This document shows, piece after piece, positions 47,047 to 57,223 of a DNA stretch of 64,000 nucleotides (position 1 is the first letter of the stretch; each line of letters begins with the position of its first letter). A model generated the notes under the pieces. It made no database searches, had not been told where the DNA came from, and worked only from the letters and a program-made list of their open reading frames with translations. Origin of the DNA: an uncultured Gammaproteobacteria bacterium (lineage in GTDB: Bacteria > Patescibacteriota > Patescibacteriia > CAZSQN01); contig CAZSQN010000003.1 in NCBI GenBank assembly GCA_964609095.1, forward strand, positions 12,687 to 76,686, read 5' to 3'. The position numbers and the translations under genes are program-made.

Positions 47047-47778
47047 ATGGGCAAATTATTTTTATCTTTATTATTAAGCTTGGTTTTGGCAGCGCCAGCG
47101 CTGGCAAATAATACCGGCGCGCCGCGGCAGTCCGCGCGCGAGACCGTCAAGCAGCAGCGCCGGCAAACATTGGAGCAAATAAAAGAAACGCGGGAAACGG
47201 CCAGAAAAGAAATGCGGGATAAACGCGAAGCGTTTAAAAAGGACTTTGAAGCCAGACAGGCGGAATTAAAAAAACAAATTGAAGCGAAACGGGAAGAGCT
47301 CAAACAAAGATTGGAAAAAATCAAGGATGAACGGAAAAAGAATCTGGTCCAAAAAATAGACAAATCCCTTGATGAACTGAACGCCCGCCGCTTAAAGCAT
47401 TACAGCGCCGTGCTGGACCAGATAGAAAAAGTATTGGAGCGCGTCGGCAAAAGAGCTGAACGCGCCGAAGAACGAGGGCTTGATGTCGCGGCCGTAAAGT
47501 CAGCCGAGGAAGCGGCCAAAGCCGCTATCGCGGCGAGCCGTGAAGCAATCAAGACGCAGGCCGGGAAAACTTATAAAATAGAAATAACAACGGAAATGGG
47601 ACTTAAGCAAGCGGTGCAAAAAGCGCGCCAAGCTCTCCATGCCGACCTGAAAAAGGTTGAAGAAACAGTCAAAGCGGCGCGTGAAGCCGTAAGAAAAGCG
47701 GCTGTGGCCCTGGCGCAAGTGCCAAGAGTTGACGAACCAGAGTCCCCGACCTCCACGCCTCCGACAACTTCGCAATAA
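47047..47778 (+). CDS. Secreted coiled-coil protein
   Basis: Signal peptide followed by charged heptads. Confidence 0.7.
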   Translation: MGKLFLSLLLSLVLAAPALANNTGAPRQSARETVKQQRRQTLEQIKETRETARKEMRDKREAFKKDFEARQAELKKQIEAKREELKQRLEKIKDERKKNLVQKIDKSLDELNARRLKHYSAVLDQIEKVLERVGKRAERAEERGLDVAAVKSAEEAAKAAIAASREAIKTQAGKTYKIEITTEMGLKQAVQKARQALHADLKKVEETVKAAREAVRKAAVALAQVPRVDEPESPTSTPPTTSQ

Positions 47779-47799
47779 CTTTTAAAACATAAACATAAC

Positions 47800-47895
47800 G
47801 CAAATCTACGAATCTTATGCGAATTTACAAATATGCGAATAAATTGTATTCGCGATTCGCGGCATTCGCATTAAATTCGCATCATTCGCATTATA
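47800..47895. repeat. CGAAT/ATTCG array element, copy 1
   Basis: Similar to 53893-53988; shares attcgcggcattcgcat. Confidence 0.75.
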
Positions 47896-47899
47896 TTTT

Positions 47900-48124
47900 A
47901 TGAAAAAAACGCTTTTAATCGCCGCTATCATCGTTGCCGCAGCTGTCGGCCTTTGGCTGTGGAAAAACCAGCGAGTTAACCAAGAAGCAGCCCTGCCAAA
48001 GAAGGAAGCTCCGGCCGCGGCGCTGGACTCATCGGCTAAAATCAATCAAGATATTCAGGCCGTTGAAGTAAACAATCTTGACCAGGATTTTAAGGAAATT
48101 GACAGCGATTCAAACCGGCTCTAA
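47900..48124 (+). CDS. Small membrane-anchored protein
   Basis: N-terminal TM; followed by a terminator. Confidence 0.6.
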   Translation: MKKTLLIAAIIVAAAVGLWLWKNQRVNQEAALPKKEAPAAALDSSAKINQDIQAVEVNNLDQDFKEIDSDSNRL

Positions 48125-48229
48125 AAAATTGTTAAAATAAATCGCTCCGCAATACCGCGGGGCGATTTTTGTATGTATACAGTTTAGAAAACTTTGGTTA
48201 TAGTATTAAGGATTTAATTCGCGCCAATT

Positions 48230-50251
48230 ATGAAATTTAGCATAACCAAAAACAGCGCGGTTCCGTTGACCATGTTTTTTGCCTCGCTTTTGCTCTATGC
48301 GGCCACGCTGCATCCGTCTATTTTCCCAAGCGATCCGACGGAATTTATGACCGTTATCGGCGTAAACGGGGTGGCGCATCCGCCCGGCTATCCTCTTTTT
48401 ACGCTTTTGGGCAAATTGGCTTCCTTTTTTCCTTTTTTAACTTTTCCGGAACGGATTAATTTTTTATCAGCTTTCTTTGGCGCGGCAACGGTTGGATTAG
48501 CCAGCCATATTATCATGCGCCTTTCAAAATCAATTCCTGCCGCCGCTCTCGGCGCCGGAGCGCTTGCCCTTGCCAAATCATTTTGGCTCTATTCAGTTAC
48601 CGCAGAGGTTTTTACTTTAAATACTTTCCTGCTCGCGCTCTTTGCCAACCAAATTATTTCCTTCATTCAAAAGCCAAGCCAGAAAAACGGTTTGCTATCC
48701 GTTTTCGCGCTCTCTATAAGCGCCGGCAACCATCACACAGCCGCGTTTATGTTGCCCGCGCTCATCTATATTTTATTAAAGAAACGCCGCGCCGCCGGCT
48801 TAAAATGGAATTTTATTCCGCTGGCTTTTTTCGTATCGCTTGCCGGACTGCTTCCTTATATTTATGTAGTAATCGCGGCTCGGGGTAATCCGCCGATAAA
48901 TTGGGATAATGCCGCAAATCTTAAAAATCTTATCCGCCTTTTTTTGCGGCAGGACTTTGGCACGACCGCGCTTGCCGCAGGCGAACTGGCTTATCGCCCC
49001 AAAACAACGGCTTTGGAATTTTTCTTAAAAAACGCGGTGACAGAAACCTTCGGCCTTTTGCCTTTATTCGCTGCCGCTGGCGCGATATTGTTTATCCGCC
49101 GCAAACAAACGGCTTTGGCCATGCCTTTAATTTGGGGTTTCCTGGCTTTGGGTCCGTTTTTTATGATGATAAGCCGTTTACCAATCGCTTCACTTAATCA
49201 AGCGGCTGCCATTGAAAGGTTTTTCATGGCGCCATCTCTTTTTTTGGCGATTCTTGCCGGCTACGGCGCCGCCGGCATTTTTGGATATTTGCGGCGCCGC
49301 CTCAAACTTGTTTCCCCAATTATTATTTTAATTTTGCTCGCGCCGCTCGCCGCCGCTAATATCTCTTACGCCGGCCAAAAAAATAATTTTCTCTACTATA
49401 AATACAGCGTGGCGCTTCTTAACGGCTTGCCAAAAAACGCTGTTTTTCTGACAACTGATGACATCAGCGATAATGGCGCGCATTATCTTCAGTTTGTAGA
49501 AAATATCCGCCCGGATGTTAAACTGGTCACTATGCCTAAAGTGGTGGCGGATTGGTACCGCGAATCGCTTGGAGAACTCTATCCGGAGCTTCGGGACTTG
49601 CTTAGCGCCAATCCGGCGGAAGCGGTAAAAAATTTGTGCCGAACATACGCGAAAGACGGGCTTATTTTTTCCGCCGGCTGGCCGCGGCAATTTACAGGCG
49701 CGGAAGAAGAATGTCTGCCGCTTCCTTTCGGACTGCTGACCCGCTTGACGCCGCCAAACGCGCAATTTAATCTGGAAGATTATCAAAAAACACAAACTGA
49801 TTTTTTTGACAAATTTCTCTCTGAAATCCCCGCTTCGGATAAAAGACCGCGCGATAACCGCACGGAACGGCTTATTTATGAAATCAGCGCCGCGCTTGAT
49901 GCCGTCGCCGATACCTTAAAACGTCAAGGCAATGAAGATGCCGCGATTCTGTTTTACCAGCGCGCGACTATCACATCGCCGTACTGGTACCGCAGTTTAA
50001 ACAAACTGGCGGCTATTGATGTTAAAAACGAGATGCTGGATGAGGCCATCGCCAAAACGCGGGAATCCATCAAAAGAAATCCTGATTTTCCCTGGAGCTA
50101 TTATGATTTAGGCATCATGCTTTTTGGCGTCGGAGACGCCAAGGGCGCCGAAGGAGCCCTTGACTATTTTATTTCTTTTGAAACAAACGCCCAAAGCCCG
50201 CAAGTGGAGATGGCCAAACAAGCGCTCGCGCAAATCAGGGCGCAAAAATAA
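48230..50251 (+). CDS. DUF2723/TMEM260-like GT-C glycosyltransferase with TPR
   Basis: DPTEF, GVAHPPGYPLF, AEVF, NHH; C-terminal TPR. Confidence 0.85.
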   Translation: MKFSITKNSAVPLTMFFASLLLYAATLHPSIFPSDPTEFMTVIGVNGVAHPPGYPLFTLLGKLASFFPFLTFPERINFLSAFFGAATVGLASHIIMRLSKSIPAAALGAGALALAKSFWLYSVTAEVFTLNTFLLALFANQIISFIQKPSQKNGLLSVFALSISAGNHHTAAFMLPALIYILLKKRRAAGLKWNFIPLAFFVSLAGLLPYIYVVIAARGNPPINWDNAANLKNLIRLFLRQDFGTTALAAGELAYRPKTTALEFFLKNAVTETFGLLPLFAAAGAILFIRRKQTALAMPLIWGFLALGPFFMMISRLPIASLNQAAAIERFFMAPSLFLAILAGYGAAGIFGYLRRRLKLVSPIIILILLAPLAAANISYAGQKNNFLYYKYSVALLNGLPKNAVFLTTDDISDNGAHYLQFVENIRPDVKLVTMPKVVADWYRESLGELYPELRDLLSANPAEAVKNLCRTYAKDGLIFSAGWPRQFTGAEEECLPLPFGLLTRLTPPNAQFNLEDYQKTQTDFFDKFLSEIPASDKRPRDNRTERLIYEISAALDAVADTLKRQGNEDAAILFYQRATITSPYWYRSLNKLAAIDVKNEMLDEAIAKTRESIKRNPDFPWSYYDLGIMLFGVGDAKGAEGALDYFISFETNAQSPQVEMAKQALAQIRAQK

Positions 50252-50271
50252 TTATCGCCAAAAGCATTATT

Positions 50272-51087
50272 ATGGATAATATTGAATTTTTCATAGAACG
50301 TTTTTCGCGCATCTACCCCCTCTCGCATTGCCTTTGGCGCGTGCCGGAAGCGGCGGCGGAGCTGAAATTTTTCCCTTTGCAACCGCCCATACTTGATCTT
50401 GGCTGCGGCGACGGAACGTATGCTCAAGCTATTTTTACGCGCGTAGCCGAGGTCGCGCCGTATAAAAAATATGCTCCTCTAATCGGCCTTGACCCCAATC
50501 CCAAGGAAACAGCCAAAGCGATTAAATTGAAAATTTATGACAAAGTATCAACTGCCGACTCTTTTGCCATTCCCTTGCCGGACGCATCGGTAAACACGAT
50601 TTTCTCTAACAGTGTTGTTGAGCATATTAAGAATAAAGACGGCGCTTTGCGAGAAATCTCCCGCGTGCTCGCGCCCGGCGGCGCATATCTTTTCAGCGCC
50701 CCGTCCCAAAATTACGGCTCAAATTTCAGAATTGCCGAATTTTTATCGCGTATCGGCGGGCCGCGATTAGCCAAACTCTGGATTAGCGCCATCAATGGCA
50801 AATTCAAACATTATTGGATCCAATCGCCAGAAGAGTGGTCCGAAGACTTAGCCCGCCATGGACTCAAAACGTTAAAATATCGTTATACGCTCTCGCCCAG
50901 AAATTCATCTCTTTGGGAGCTATTTCTTTTACCGTCTTATGTTCAGCATCTTTTTGCCAAAAAGTTCGGCATATTGCCCTTTGCTTCAATAACAAAAAAA
51001 TATCTGCAAAAACATATTTCCGAATTAACGGAGGATCCGAATATGGAAACTGGCGGTAATATCGTAATCTTGGCTCAAAAAATATAA
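50272..51087 (+). CDS. Class I SAM-dependent methyltransferase
   Basis: LDLGCGDG, SNSVVEHI, RVLAPGG. Confidence 0.9.
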   Translation: MDNIEFFIERFSRIYPLSHCLWRVPEAAAELKFFPLQPPILDLGCGDGTYAQAIFTRVAEVAPYKKYAPLIGLDPNPKETAKAIKLKIYDKVSTADSFAIPLPDASVNTIFSNSVVEHIKNKDGALREISRVLAPGGAYLFSAPSQNYGSNFRIAEFLSRIGGPRLAKLWISAINGKFKHYWIQSPEEWSEDLARHGLKTLKYRYTLSPRNSSLWELFLLPSYVQHLFAKKFGILPFASITKKYLQKHISELTEDPNMETGGNIVILAQKI

Positions 51088-51094
51088 TCCTTCT

Positions 51095-51805
51095 ATGCTT
51101 GTCTCTATTATCATTCCAACCTTAAACGAGCGCGACGCCCTCGGCTTTTTGTTTGGAGAATTGCAGGAAGCGCTTACGCGAATCCCCGAATACGAATTTG
51201 AAATAATTATTGTTGACGACGGCTCCATTGACGGCACGCGAGAATTTGTTTCAGGATTTAAAAATTTTCCCTGGACTTTGCGGCTTATGGAAAGAAAAAA
51301 ACGCGGATTGGCAACCGCCGTGCTTGAAGGATTTAAAAACTCATCTGGAGAAATACTTGGCGTAATGGACGCTGACCTCTCCCACCCTCCGGCGCTTATA
51401 CCCAAATTGCTGGACGCTTTAAAAAATGCGGATGTCGCCATCGGCAGCCGGCATATTTATGGAGGCGGTGTTGAAGAATGGCCGCTTGTGCGAAGAATGT
51501 TCTCCGAGTTCGCGACGCTCCTCGCCCGCCCAATATCCGGCGGCATGCGCGACCCGCTCTCGGGATTTTTCTTTATAAAAAAATCAGCGCTCAAAGTCGC
51601 TGACCTTAAACCGTTTGGTTATAAAATACTTCTGGAAATTCTGGTGCGAGCCGCGCCGCTTAAAGCCGTTGAAATCCCTTATATATTCAGAAACCGGAGC
51701 GTGGGCAAAAGCAAGCTTAACTGGCGCGTTTCAATTGATTATTTCCTGCATTTAGTTCGACTATATTCTTTTACCGCGAGACAACTTTGCCGGAAAAAAG
51801 AATAA
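51095..51805 (+). CDS. Polyprenol-phosphate mannose synthase (GT2)
   Basis: IIPTLNE, VDDGSIDGT, MDADLSHPP, DPLSGFF, GKSKL. Confidence 0.9.
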   Translation: MLVSIIIPTLNERDALGFLFGELQEALTRIPEYEFEIIIVDDGSIDGTREFVSGFKNFPWTLRLMERKKRGLATAVLEGFKNSSGEILGVMDADLSHPPALIPKLLDALKNADVAIGSRHIYGGGVEEWPLVRRMFSEFATLLARPISGGMRDPLSGFFFIKKSALKVADLKPFGYKILLEILVRAAPLKAVEIPYIFRNRSVGKSKLNWRVSIDYFLHLVRLYSFTARQLCRKKE

Positions 51806-51851
51806 AAAATACCCCGATTTAATTCGGGGTTTTATTTTTCATAAAAGAACT

Positions 51852-52553
51852 TTAGAAATGAAATCCGGCCAGAGCCAGAGACGCAAACGTCAAGCCGTCC
51901 TGAAGCGCATGGTAATCCACCAAAAAACGGAGTTCGCGAGCAGAAAACATTCTCGTCTTTCCAAGAATCTCCAGAGCTTCCGGCCTGCTCTCGCCTCTCC
52001 CGACAATATCTGCGGCAACGACATACTGGCTATGAGCAAAGAAAGTGGTGTTGGCGTTGACCATACCGACCACGCGAGCATTGGCTACGGAAAATCCCGA
52101 TTCTTCCAAGGCCTCGGCCTTGGCAGTCTCCAGGACAAACTTTTCTAGATTGGTTTCCGTACTCACCTGAGAAAGCCCGCGCGGCAGCTCCCATTGCCAT
52201 TCGCCAAGCTTTTCCAAAAGTTCATCCCACCGTCCTTCTTCATTGAGCCGCTTCACGTAATCGGCTCCGGCTTCCAACAGACGCTTGGCGGTAAATCTGT
52301 AATTTTGAACCAGTCCGACCTTATCTCCGGCCTTGCAGACAACCATTGAACCGGCATTTTCCACAATAAGCGGCTGATCATAAAGGTCCTTGAGCCGGCC
52401 GTCAATGACTTTCTGAACAACAACGCGAAGCAGAGCCCAGCCCTTGGAATTAACCAAGCTGCCGGCGCCCTGCGTCCCGGGTTTCCATCCGACAACGGAA
52501 GTGACCAAATCGCTCTCTGTCAAAAGACGCACTGCTCCGCCGGGCTGTTTCAT
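51852..52553 (-). CDS. Nudix-like hydrolase
   Basis: WELPRG...AKAEALEESG. Confidence 0.6.
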   Translation of the reverse strand: MKQPGGAVRLLTESDLVTSVVGWKPGTQGAGSLVNSKGWALLRVVVQKVIDGRLKDLYDQPLIVENAGSMVVCKAGDKVGLVQNYRFTAKRLLEAGADYVKRLNEEGRWDELLEKLGEWQWELPRGLSQVSTETNLEKFVLETAKAEALEESGFSVANARVVGMVNANTTFFAHSQYVVAADIVGRGESRPEALEILGKTRMFSARELRFLVDYHALQDGLTFASLALAGFHF

Positions 52554-52670
52554 TTACTGTCTCCTTGTTAAGGTTCAAATACGCGTTTACCGAGCAAAAA
52601 TGCGGACGTTCTTGTCCGCATTCCCGGATAAACGCCTATCTTTATTACAATAAATTCAATTAAAAGTCAA

Positions 52671-53285
52671 TTAAAAGTCAATCCCTTCCCTCGCACGGGT
52701 ACCGCGGTAAAAATAATGCTTCACGAGTTTCATTTCCGTAACAAGGTTGGCAATATCCAAAAATTCTTTTGGCGCGTTCCTGCCGGTTAGTACAAGTTCG
52801 GCCTTGTCTGGATTTTGACCCGACCGCCGTCGGGGCATCCCGCCAGCTTTGCGCCGTATAGGAAAATGGCGGGAAATTACTTTTAGCACCTCCGCCGCAG
52901 TCAGCATCTTTAAATCCACAGTGGAGTTTATTTCATCCAAAATAACCAAATCGTATTTTTTTGATATTAAAAACTTCTTTGCCGCTTTGAGCCCGGCTCT
53001 TGCTTCCCTTATATCCGCCGGCGTTACGCCAAACCTAAAACGGCCTGTTTTGGGGTCAATCCTATCGCAGCCGCTTACAAAATAATCAATTCCCAATTTC
53101 TTGAATAACTTTCTTTCCGAATAATGCGTCCCGCCCTTATCAAAATAAACAATAGCAACCTTAAGCCCGGCTCCGCGCGCCCGAAGAGCAAGCCCCAGCG
53201 CCGCCGTCGTTTTTCCCTTGCCGTTTCCTGTGTAAATTTGTATAAATCCGTAATTCGTAAAGCTATACTTGACATTTCGCATCAT
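52671..53285 (-). CDS. cobO: Cob(I)alamin adenosyltransferase (BtuR/CobO)
   Basis: YTGNGKGKTTAA, ILDEI, ELVLTGR, TEM..KH, GIDF. Start uncertain. Confidence 0.88.
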   Translation of the reverse strand: MMRNVKYSFTNYGFIQIYTGNGKGKTTAALGLALRARGAGLKVAIVYFDKGGTHYSERKLFKKLGIDYFVSGCDRIDPKTGRFRFGVTPADIREARAGLKAAKKFLISKKYDLVILDEINSTVDLKMLTAAEVLKVISRHFPIRRKAGGMPRRRSGQNPDKAELVLTGRNAPKEFLDIANLVTEMKLVKHYFYRGTRAREGIDF

Positions 53286-53357
53286 TTTTGCTAAAGTTAA
53301 ATACTTGTTCTTTATATCCTTGCCAATCAGTAATCTCGCCAAAAAGGAAAAATAAAA

Positions 53358-53828
53358 ATGGCTAAAAAATCAAGAAAACCAAGAGAGAAAACGGTAAAGA
53401 TGAGCGTTTCTTGTGGAGCGCTCGGAGAAGTGAACAACGCCACAGAACCAGAAGCGGATACCACTTTAGTTCCCAAAGCACTCCAAAACACAGAATATTG
53501 CAAAACTCCGACTTGGCCATCACCGCGAGGTGATAATAACTTTCCGCGCAACGAAATGCGGTGCAGTAAATGTCATTTCTTTATTTACAGAGACGAAATA
53601 AGTGATAATTGCAAATCTCTACGCACATATGAGCGCCGGGCATTTGTTGGCAATAGGTTGCGTCCTAAGGAAGTTACAATTTATGACGAAGATGGTAACT
53701 ACCGCCGCAGGATAGATGTCGTCGAATCCGTTGTTATTGCTATAACTGGAAAAGTATATCTATGCGGCAATTGCGGTAAAGAAATCAAAGTTGATGATAA
53801 CCCCGAACACCAAGAATACAATGTCTAA
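53358..53828 (+). CDS. Hypothetical zinc-ribbon protein
   Basis: CSKC and CGNC pairs; promoter TTGACA-17-TAAAGT. Confidence 0.55.
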   Translation: MAKKSRKPREKTVKMSVSCGALGEVNNATEPEADTTLVPKALQNTEYCKTPTWPSPRGDNNFPRNEMRCSKCHFFIYRDEISDNCKSLRTYERRAFVGNRLRPKEVTIYDEDGNYRRRIDVVESVVIAITGKVYLCGNCGKEIKVDDNPEHQEYNV

Positions 53829-53892
53829 TTTCTAACTTGGTTCCTTCTCTCGCCTCGATACCTATCGGGGCTTTTTTATTTTCTTTGTAAAA

Positions 53893-53988
53893 TGCAAATC
53901 TATAAACGAACTACGAACCTACGAACATGCAAATACGGTATTCGCACATTCGCGGCATTCGCATAAGATTCGCATTATTTGCATTATG
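53893..53988. repeat. CGAAT/ATTCG array element, copy 2
   Basis: Similar to 47800-47895. Confidence 0.75.
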
Positions 53989-53989
53989 T

Positions 53990-56317
53990 TTATCCGCACT
54001 TGGAATACCCGCACCCTTGGCAGAGCATACAGCCCTCGCCCATGCGTAACACCCCTCCGCAATCAGGGCATTGCGGCGCGCCGCCAAAGTTAGCAATGGA
54101 TTTTGTTTTAATCAACGGAACGGGTTCTGATTCTACTGCCGAAACAGGTATGGCTTCCGGCACGCGCAAACTTTTTACTTCGGCATTTTCCATTTCCTTT
54201 TTCGCCTCGGCAAGCGGCAGATGCCGTTGCGGGCCTTTAACATGCTCTTCCAGCACTTGGGCAATGGCGTCCGGAACGGAGAGAATCATGCCCCGTTCGC
54301 TCCAGCTGGGCATCGGCCCCCTGATTCCTTTTATCTGGTCAATCACTTCTTCGGGCGCAATGCCCGAACGCAAAGAAAGCGAAACCAATCGGCAAACGCT
54401 TTCCGATTTGGCGGCAAAAAATCCTCCGGCCTTGCCGATGGTGGCAAAAACCTCAAACGGTTTGCCGTCTTCATCATCATTTACCGTAATGTAGAGATTG
54501 CCGTAGCCGGTGGAGCATTTATAGGTCTTTCCGCTCATCACCTTTGGACGGATGCGCGGCGACAATTTGGGGAGTTGCCCCGCGGACGCGGGATTATCAG
54601 AAGTTGAAAGTTCGGATTGTTTTTCCTCATTGTTTACTTTTTGATTCTTATCTTTAGAGTACAAAACCGCCGCGTCTCTGGAGTTTTCCCTAAAATACGC
54701 CACTCCCTTGCAGCCCAGCTCATAAGCCAAAGTATATAATGTCTTCACATCTTCCAAAGTATGTCCCTCCGGGGCATTGACCGTCTTGGAAATGGAAGAA
54801 TCAACATATTTTTGTATAATCGCCTGCATGCGGATATGCTCTTCCGGAGAAAGCTCCTTGGCATTCACAAAATAATCGGGGACTTTTTCTCCCGGATGCT
54901 CGTCAATATATTTTTGATACAAAGGATGATAAACCTCGTGCTCTCCGATGCGGTCTTTGCGCGTAAAGACAAAATCATAAATCGGCTCTATGCCCGAACT
55001 TGCGCCGGAGAGCAGCGAGGTGGTGCCGGTTGGCGCCTGCGTCAAGAGCACGGCGTTTCTAATGCCAACTTCCGCGATGCCGGCCTTGATGTCATCCGGA
55101 AGCTGCTCTATAAAATAACCTTGCAGATACTTCTCACGCTCAAATTTTGGAAACGCGCCCTTTTCCGCCGCCATGGCCACCGAGGCGCGATAGGCCTCGT
55201 CCCGTATAAAAGAATACAGCTTTTCGCAAAAAGCAATCGCCTCCGGCGAGCCGTAGCGGATTTTTAATTTAATCAAAAGATCGCCCAAACCCATTGACCC
55301 AAGGCCGGTGCGGCGGATATTTTTTTGCGCTTCGCGATTTTCCAAAAACGGATAAGCCGTGGCGTCAATCACATTGTCTAAAAAACGGACAGACGCGGAC
55401 ACCACTCGTCCAAGCCGCGCCCAGTCAACATCGCCGTTTGCTTCAAACGCGGACAGGTTCAGCGCGCCAAGATTGCAGACGCTCCATGGGCCCAAACCCT
55501 GTTCGCCGCAGGGATTTACCGAAACGATATCTTCAAAATACCAGGTATTTGACCATTTGTTATATCGTTCCAAAAAAACAGTTCCCGGCTCGCCCGACGC
55601 CCATGCCGATTCGCAAATAAGGTCCCACAAATAACGGGCGCGGATGGTTTTTACGATTTCGCCCTTCCAGACAAGGTTCCAAGAAGCGTCCTTTTTAACC
55701 GCTTCCATAAAACGGTCGGACACGCAAACGGAAAGATTGGCGTTGGTGATAAGCCCCATTGTCTTTTTAACCGTAATAAACTCCTCAATATCCGGATGGT
55801 CATCATTTAACATAAGCATCAGCGCGCCCCGCCTGCTTCCTCCTTGGATAATTAATCCCGTGGCGTAAGAATAAAGGCCGCCAAAAGACACGGCGCCGGA
55901 AGCGGAGCCGTTAACGCCTTTAACGCGGCTTCCGCGCGGCCGAAGCGATGAAAGATTTACGCCGACTCCCCCGCTCCGGGACATTATCTCCACCATTGTT
56001 TTGACCGAATCCAAAATTCCGCTGCGCGAGTCCTCCGGACTGGGAATGACAAAACAATTATAAAAAGTCACTTCATAGCCGCTTCCGGCGCCGGAAAGAA
56101 TCCTGCCGCCGGGCACAAACTGGAATCCTTCGAGAGCTTTATAAAATTCATTGGCCCAAAAATCTTTTTTTTCCGGAGTGGATTCAACTTGGGCTATGGC
56201 CTTAGCCACCCGGCGCCACATTTCTTCGGGGGCGCTTTCTACCTGGTTTCCATTCGCGTCTTTAAGCGCGTAACGGTCGTCAAAAACTTTTTTAGAAAGG
56301 CCTTCTAGGATATGCAT
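53990..56317 (-). CDS. nrdJ: Class II (AdoCbl-dependent) ribonucleotide reductase with TSCPD domain and Zn ribbon
   Basis: NCFV, RRGA, NPCGEQ, CNLG, APTGT, SISKT, CPDC...C..CGYSKC. Confidence 0.93.
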   Translation of the reverse strand: MHILEGLSKKVFDDRYALKDANGNQVESAPEEMWRRVAKAIAQVESTPEKKDFWANEFYKALEGFQFVPGGRILSGAGSGYEVTFYNCFVIPSPEDSRSGILDSVKTMVEIMSRSGGVGVNLSSLRPRGSRVKGVNGSASGAVSFGGLYSYATGLIIQGGSRRGALMLMLNDDHPDIEEFITVKKTMGLITNANLSVCVSDRFMEAVKKDASWNLVWKGEIVKTIRARYLWDLICESAWASGEPGTVFLERYNKWSNTWYFEDIVSVNPCGEQGLGPWSVCNLGALNLSAFEANGDVDWARLGRVVSASVRFLDNVIDATAYPFLENREAQKNIRRTGLGSMGLGDLLIKLKIRYGSPEAIAFCEKLYSFIRDEAYRASVAMAAEKGAFPKFEREKYLQGYFIEQLPDDIKAGIAEVGIRNAVLLTQAPTGTTSLLSGASSGIEPIYDFVFTRKDRIGEHEVYHPLYQKYIDEHPGEKVPDYFVNAKELSPEEHIRMQAIIQKYVDSSISKTVNAPEGHTLEDVKTLYTLAYELGCKGVAYFRENSRDAAVLYSKDKNQKVNNEEKQSELSTSDNPASAGQLPKLSPRIRPKVMSGKTYKCSTGYGNLYITVNDDEDGKPFEVFATIGKAGGFFAAKSESVCRLVSLSLRSGIAPEEVIDQIKGIRGPMPSWSERGMILSVPDAIAQVLEEHVKGPQRHLPLAEAKKEMENAEVKSLRVPEAIPVSAVESEPVPLIKTKSIANFGGAPQCPDCGGVLRMGEGCMLCQGCGYSKCG

Positions 56318-56340
56318 AAAGCATGGGTTATGAAATTTAT

Positions 56341-56388
56341 CCACAATATATTGTGGTTATAAATAAATTATACCACTATATGTAGTGG
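56341..56388. promoter_or_regulatory. Tandem NrdR boxes
   Basis: ccacaatatattgtgg (56341-56356) and ccactatatgtagtgg (56373-56388) upstream of nrdJ. Confidence 0.85.
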
Positions 56389-56472
56389 CAAGTTGGGGAT
56401 AAGGTCGTACTTCTCGGCCTGCCTCAAACAGCAGCGGCACGCAAAAAATTTGTTTCCCTCGCTGAAGAATAT

Positions 56473-57057
56473 TTAAAACGGCATTGTGAGGTTAATGGCG
56501 GGTTTTGTTTCGGCCAGATTGCGGTTGAATTTAACGGGAACCAAAACCATTTTCCCCTGCCTATTGTCATAATATTTTAATTCCCCTTTTGCCAGACCAT
56601 GCTCGTAAACCGCTTTAGTAACTTTCACGTCCTGCAGACAATAATCGCGGAGCTTTTCCATCTCGCCCTGCCTAAAATACTGGACCGCCATAAGACCGTT
56701 GCCCGACTTTCCCATTCCCAAAGTTCCATGCGCCACATCATCCAATTTTACGCGAAATCCGATATGTTTCTGGATTTCTTCCATAATATCCAGCTGCGGA
56801 ATCCGCAAAAGGTCGCCGGCGTAATAATTATTCATCACCGGCAAATCAAAACCCTTGCTGTTGTATCCTACAATGCGCTCCGCGCGCTCTAAACGCGGCC
56901 AAAGCGAGGGCAACTCATGCTCCAAAAAACTTTCATAAGTGTCGGTTTCATAAAAATAAGCTCCCACAAGCGAAATGCGGAGCAGAGTATGGTCGTATTT
57001 CCCCACTTCCTGAAAGGTATTTTGCGTTTCTATGTCTAAAACGATTTCTTTGGACAT
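56473..57057 (-). CDS. RNase H-like/DEDD 3'-5' exonuclease domain protein
   Basis: LDIET, GYN..FD, YCLQDV. Confidence 0.85.
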   Translation of the reverse strand: MSKEIVLDIETQNTFQEVGKYDHTLLRISLVGAYFYETDTYESFLEHELPSLWPRLERAERIVGYNSKGFDLPVMNNYYAGDLLRIPQLDIMEEIQKHIGFRVKLDDVAHGTLGMGKSGNGLMAVQYFRQGEMEKLRDYCLQDVKVTKAVYEHGLAKGELKYYDNRQGKMVLVPVKFNRNLAETKPAINLTMPF

Positions 57058-57065
57058 AAATAAAT

Positions 57066-57104
57066 TTAAATCCGAAATCCGAAGCACGAAGCACGAAATC
57101 TAAA
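57066..57104. repeat. Heptamer repeats (AAATCCG/AAGCACG)
   Basis: Seen directly. Confidence 0.7.
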
Positions 57105-57223
57105 ACAAATCTCTCGCACTTTATTGTAATAAGTTCGAAATGCCTAAAATTCAAAAGTTAAAACTTTTACTTTTGACTTTCACAGTTTACCACACTTTTT
57201 TTCTGTGGATAATTTTTTGTCAA

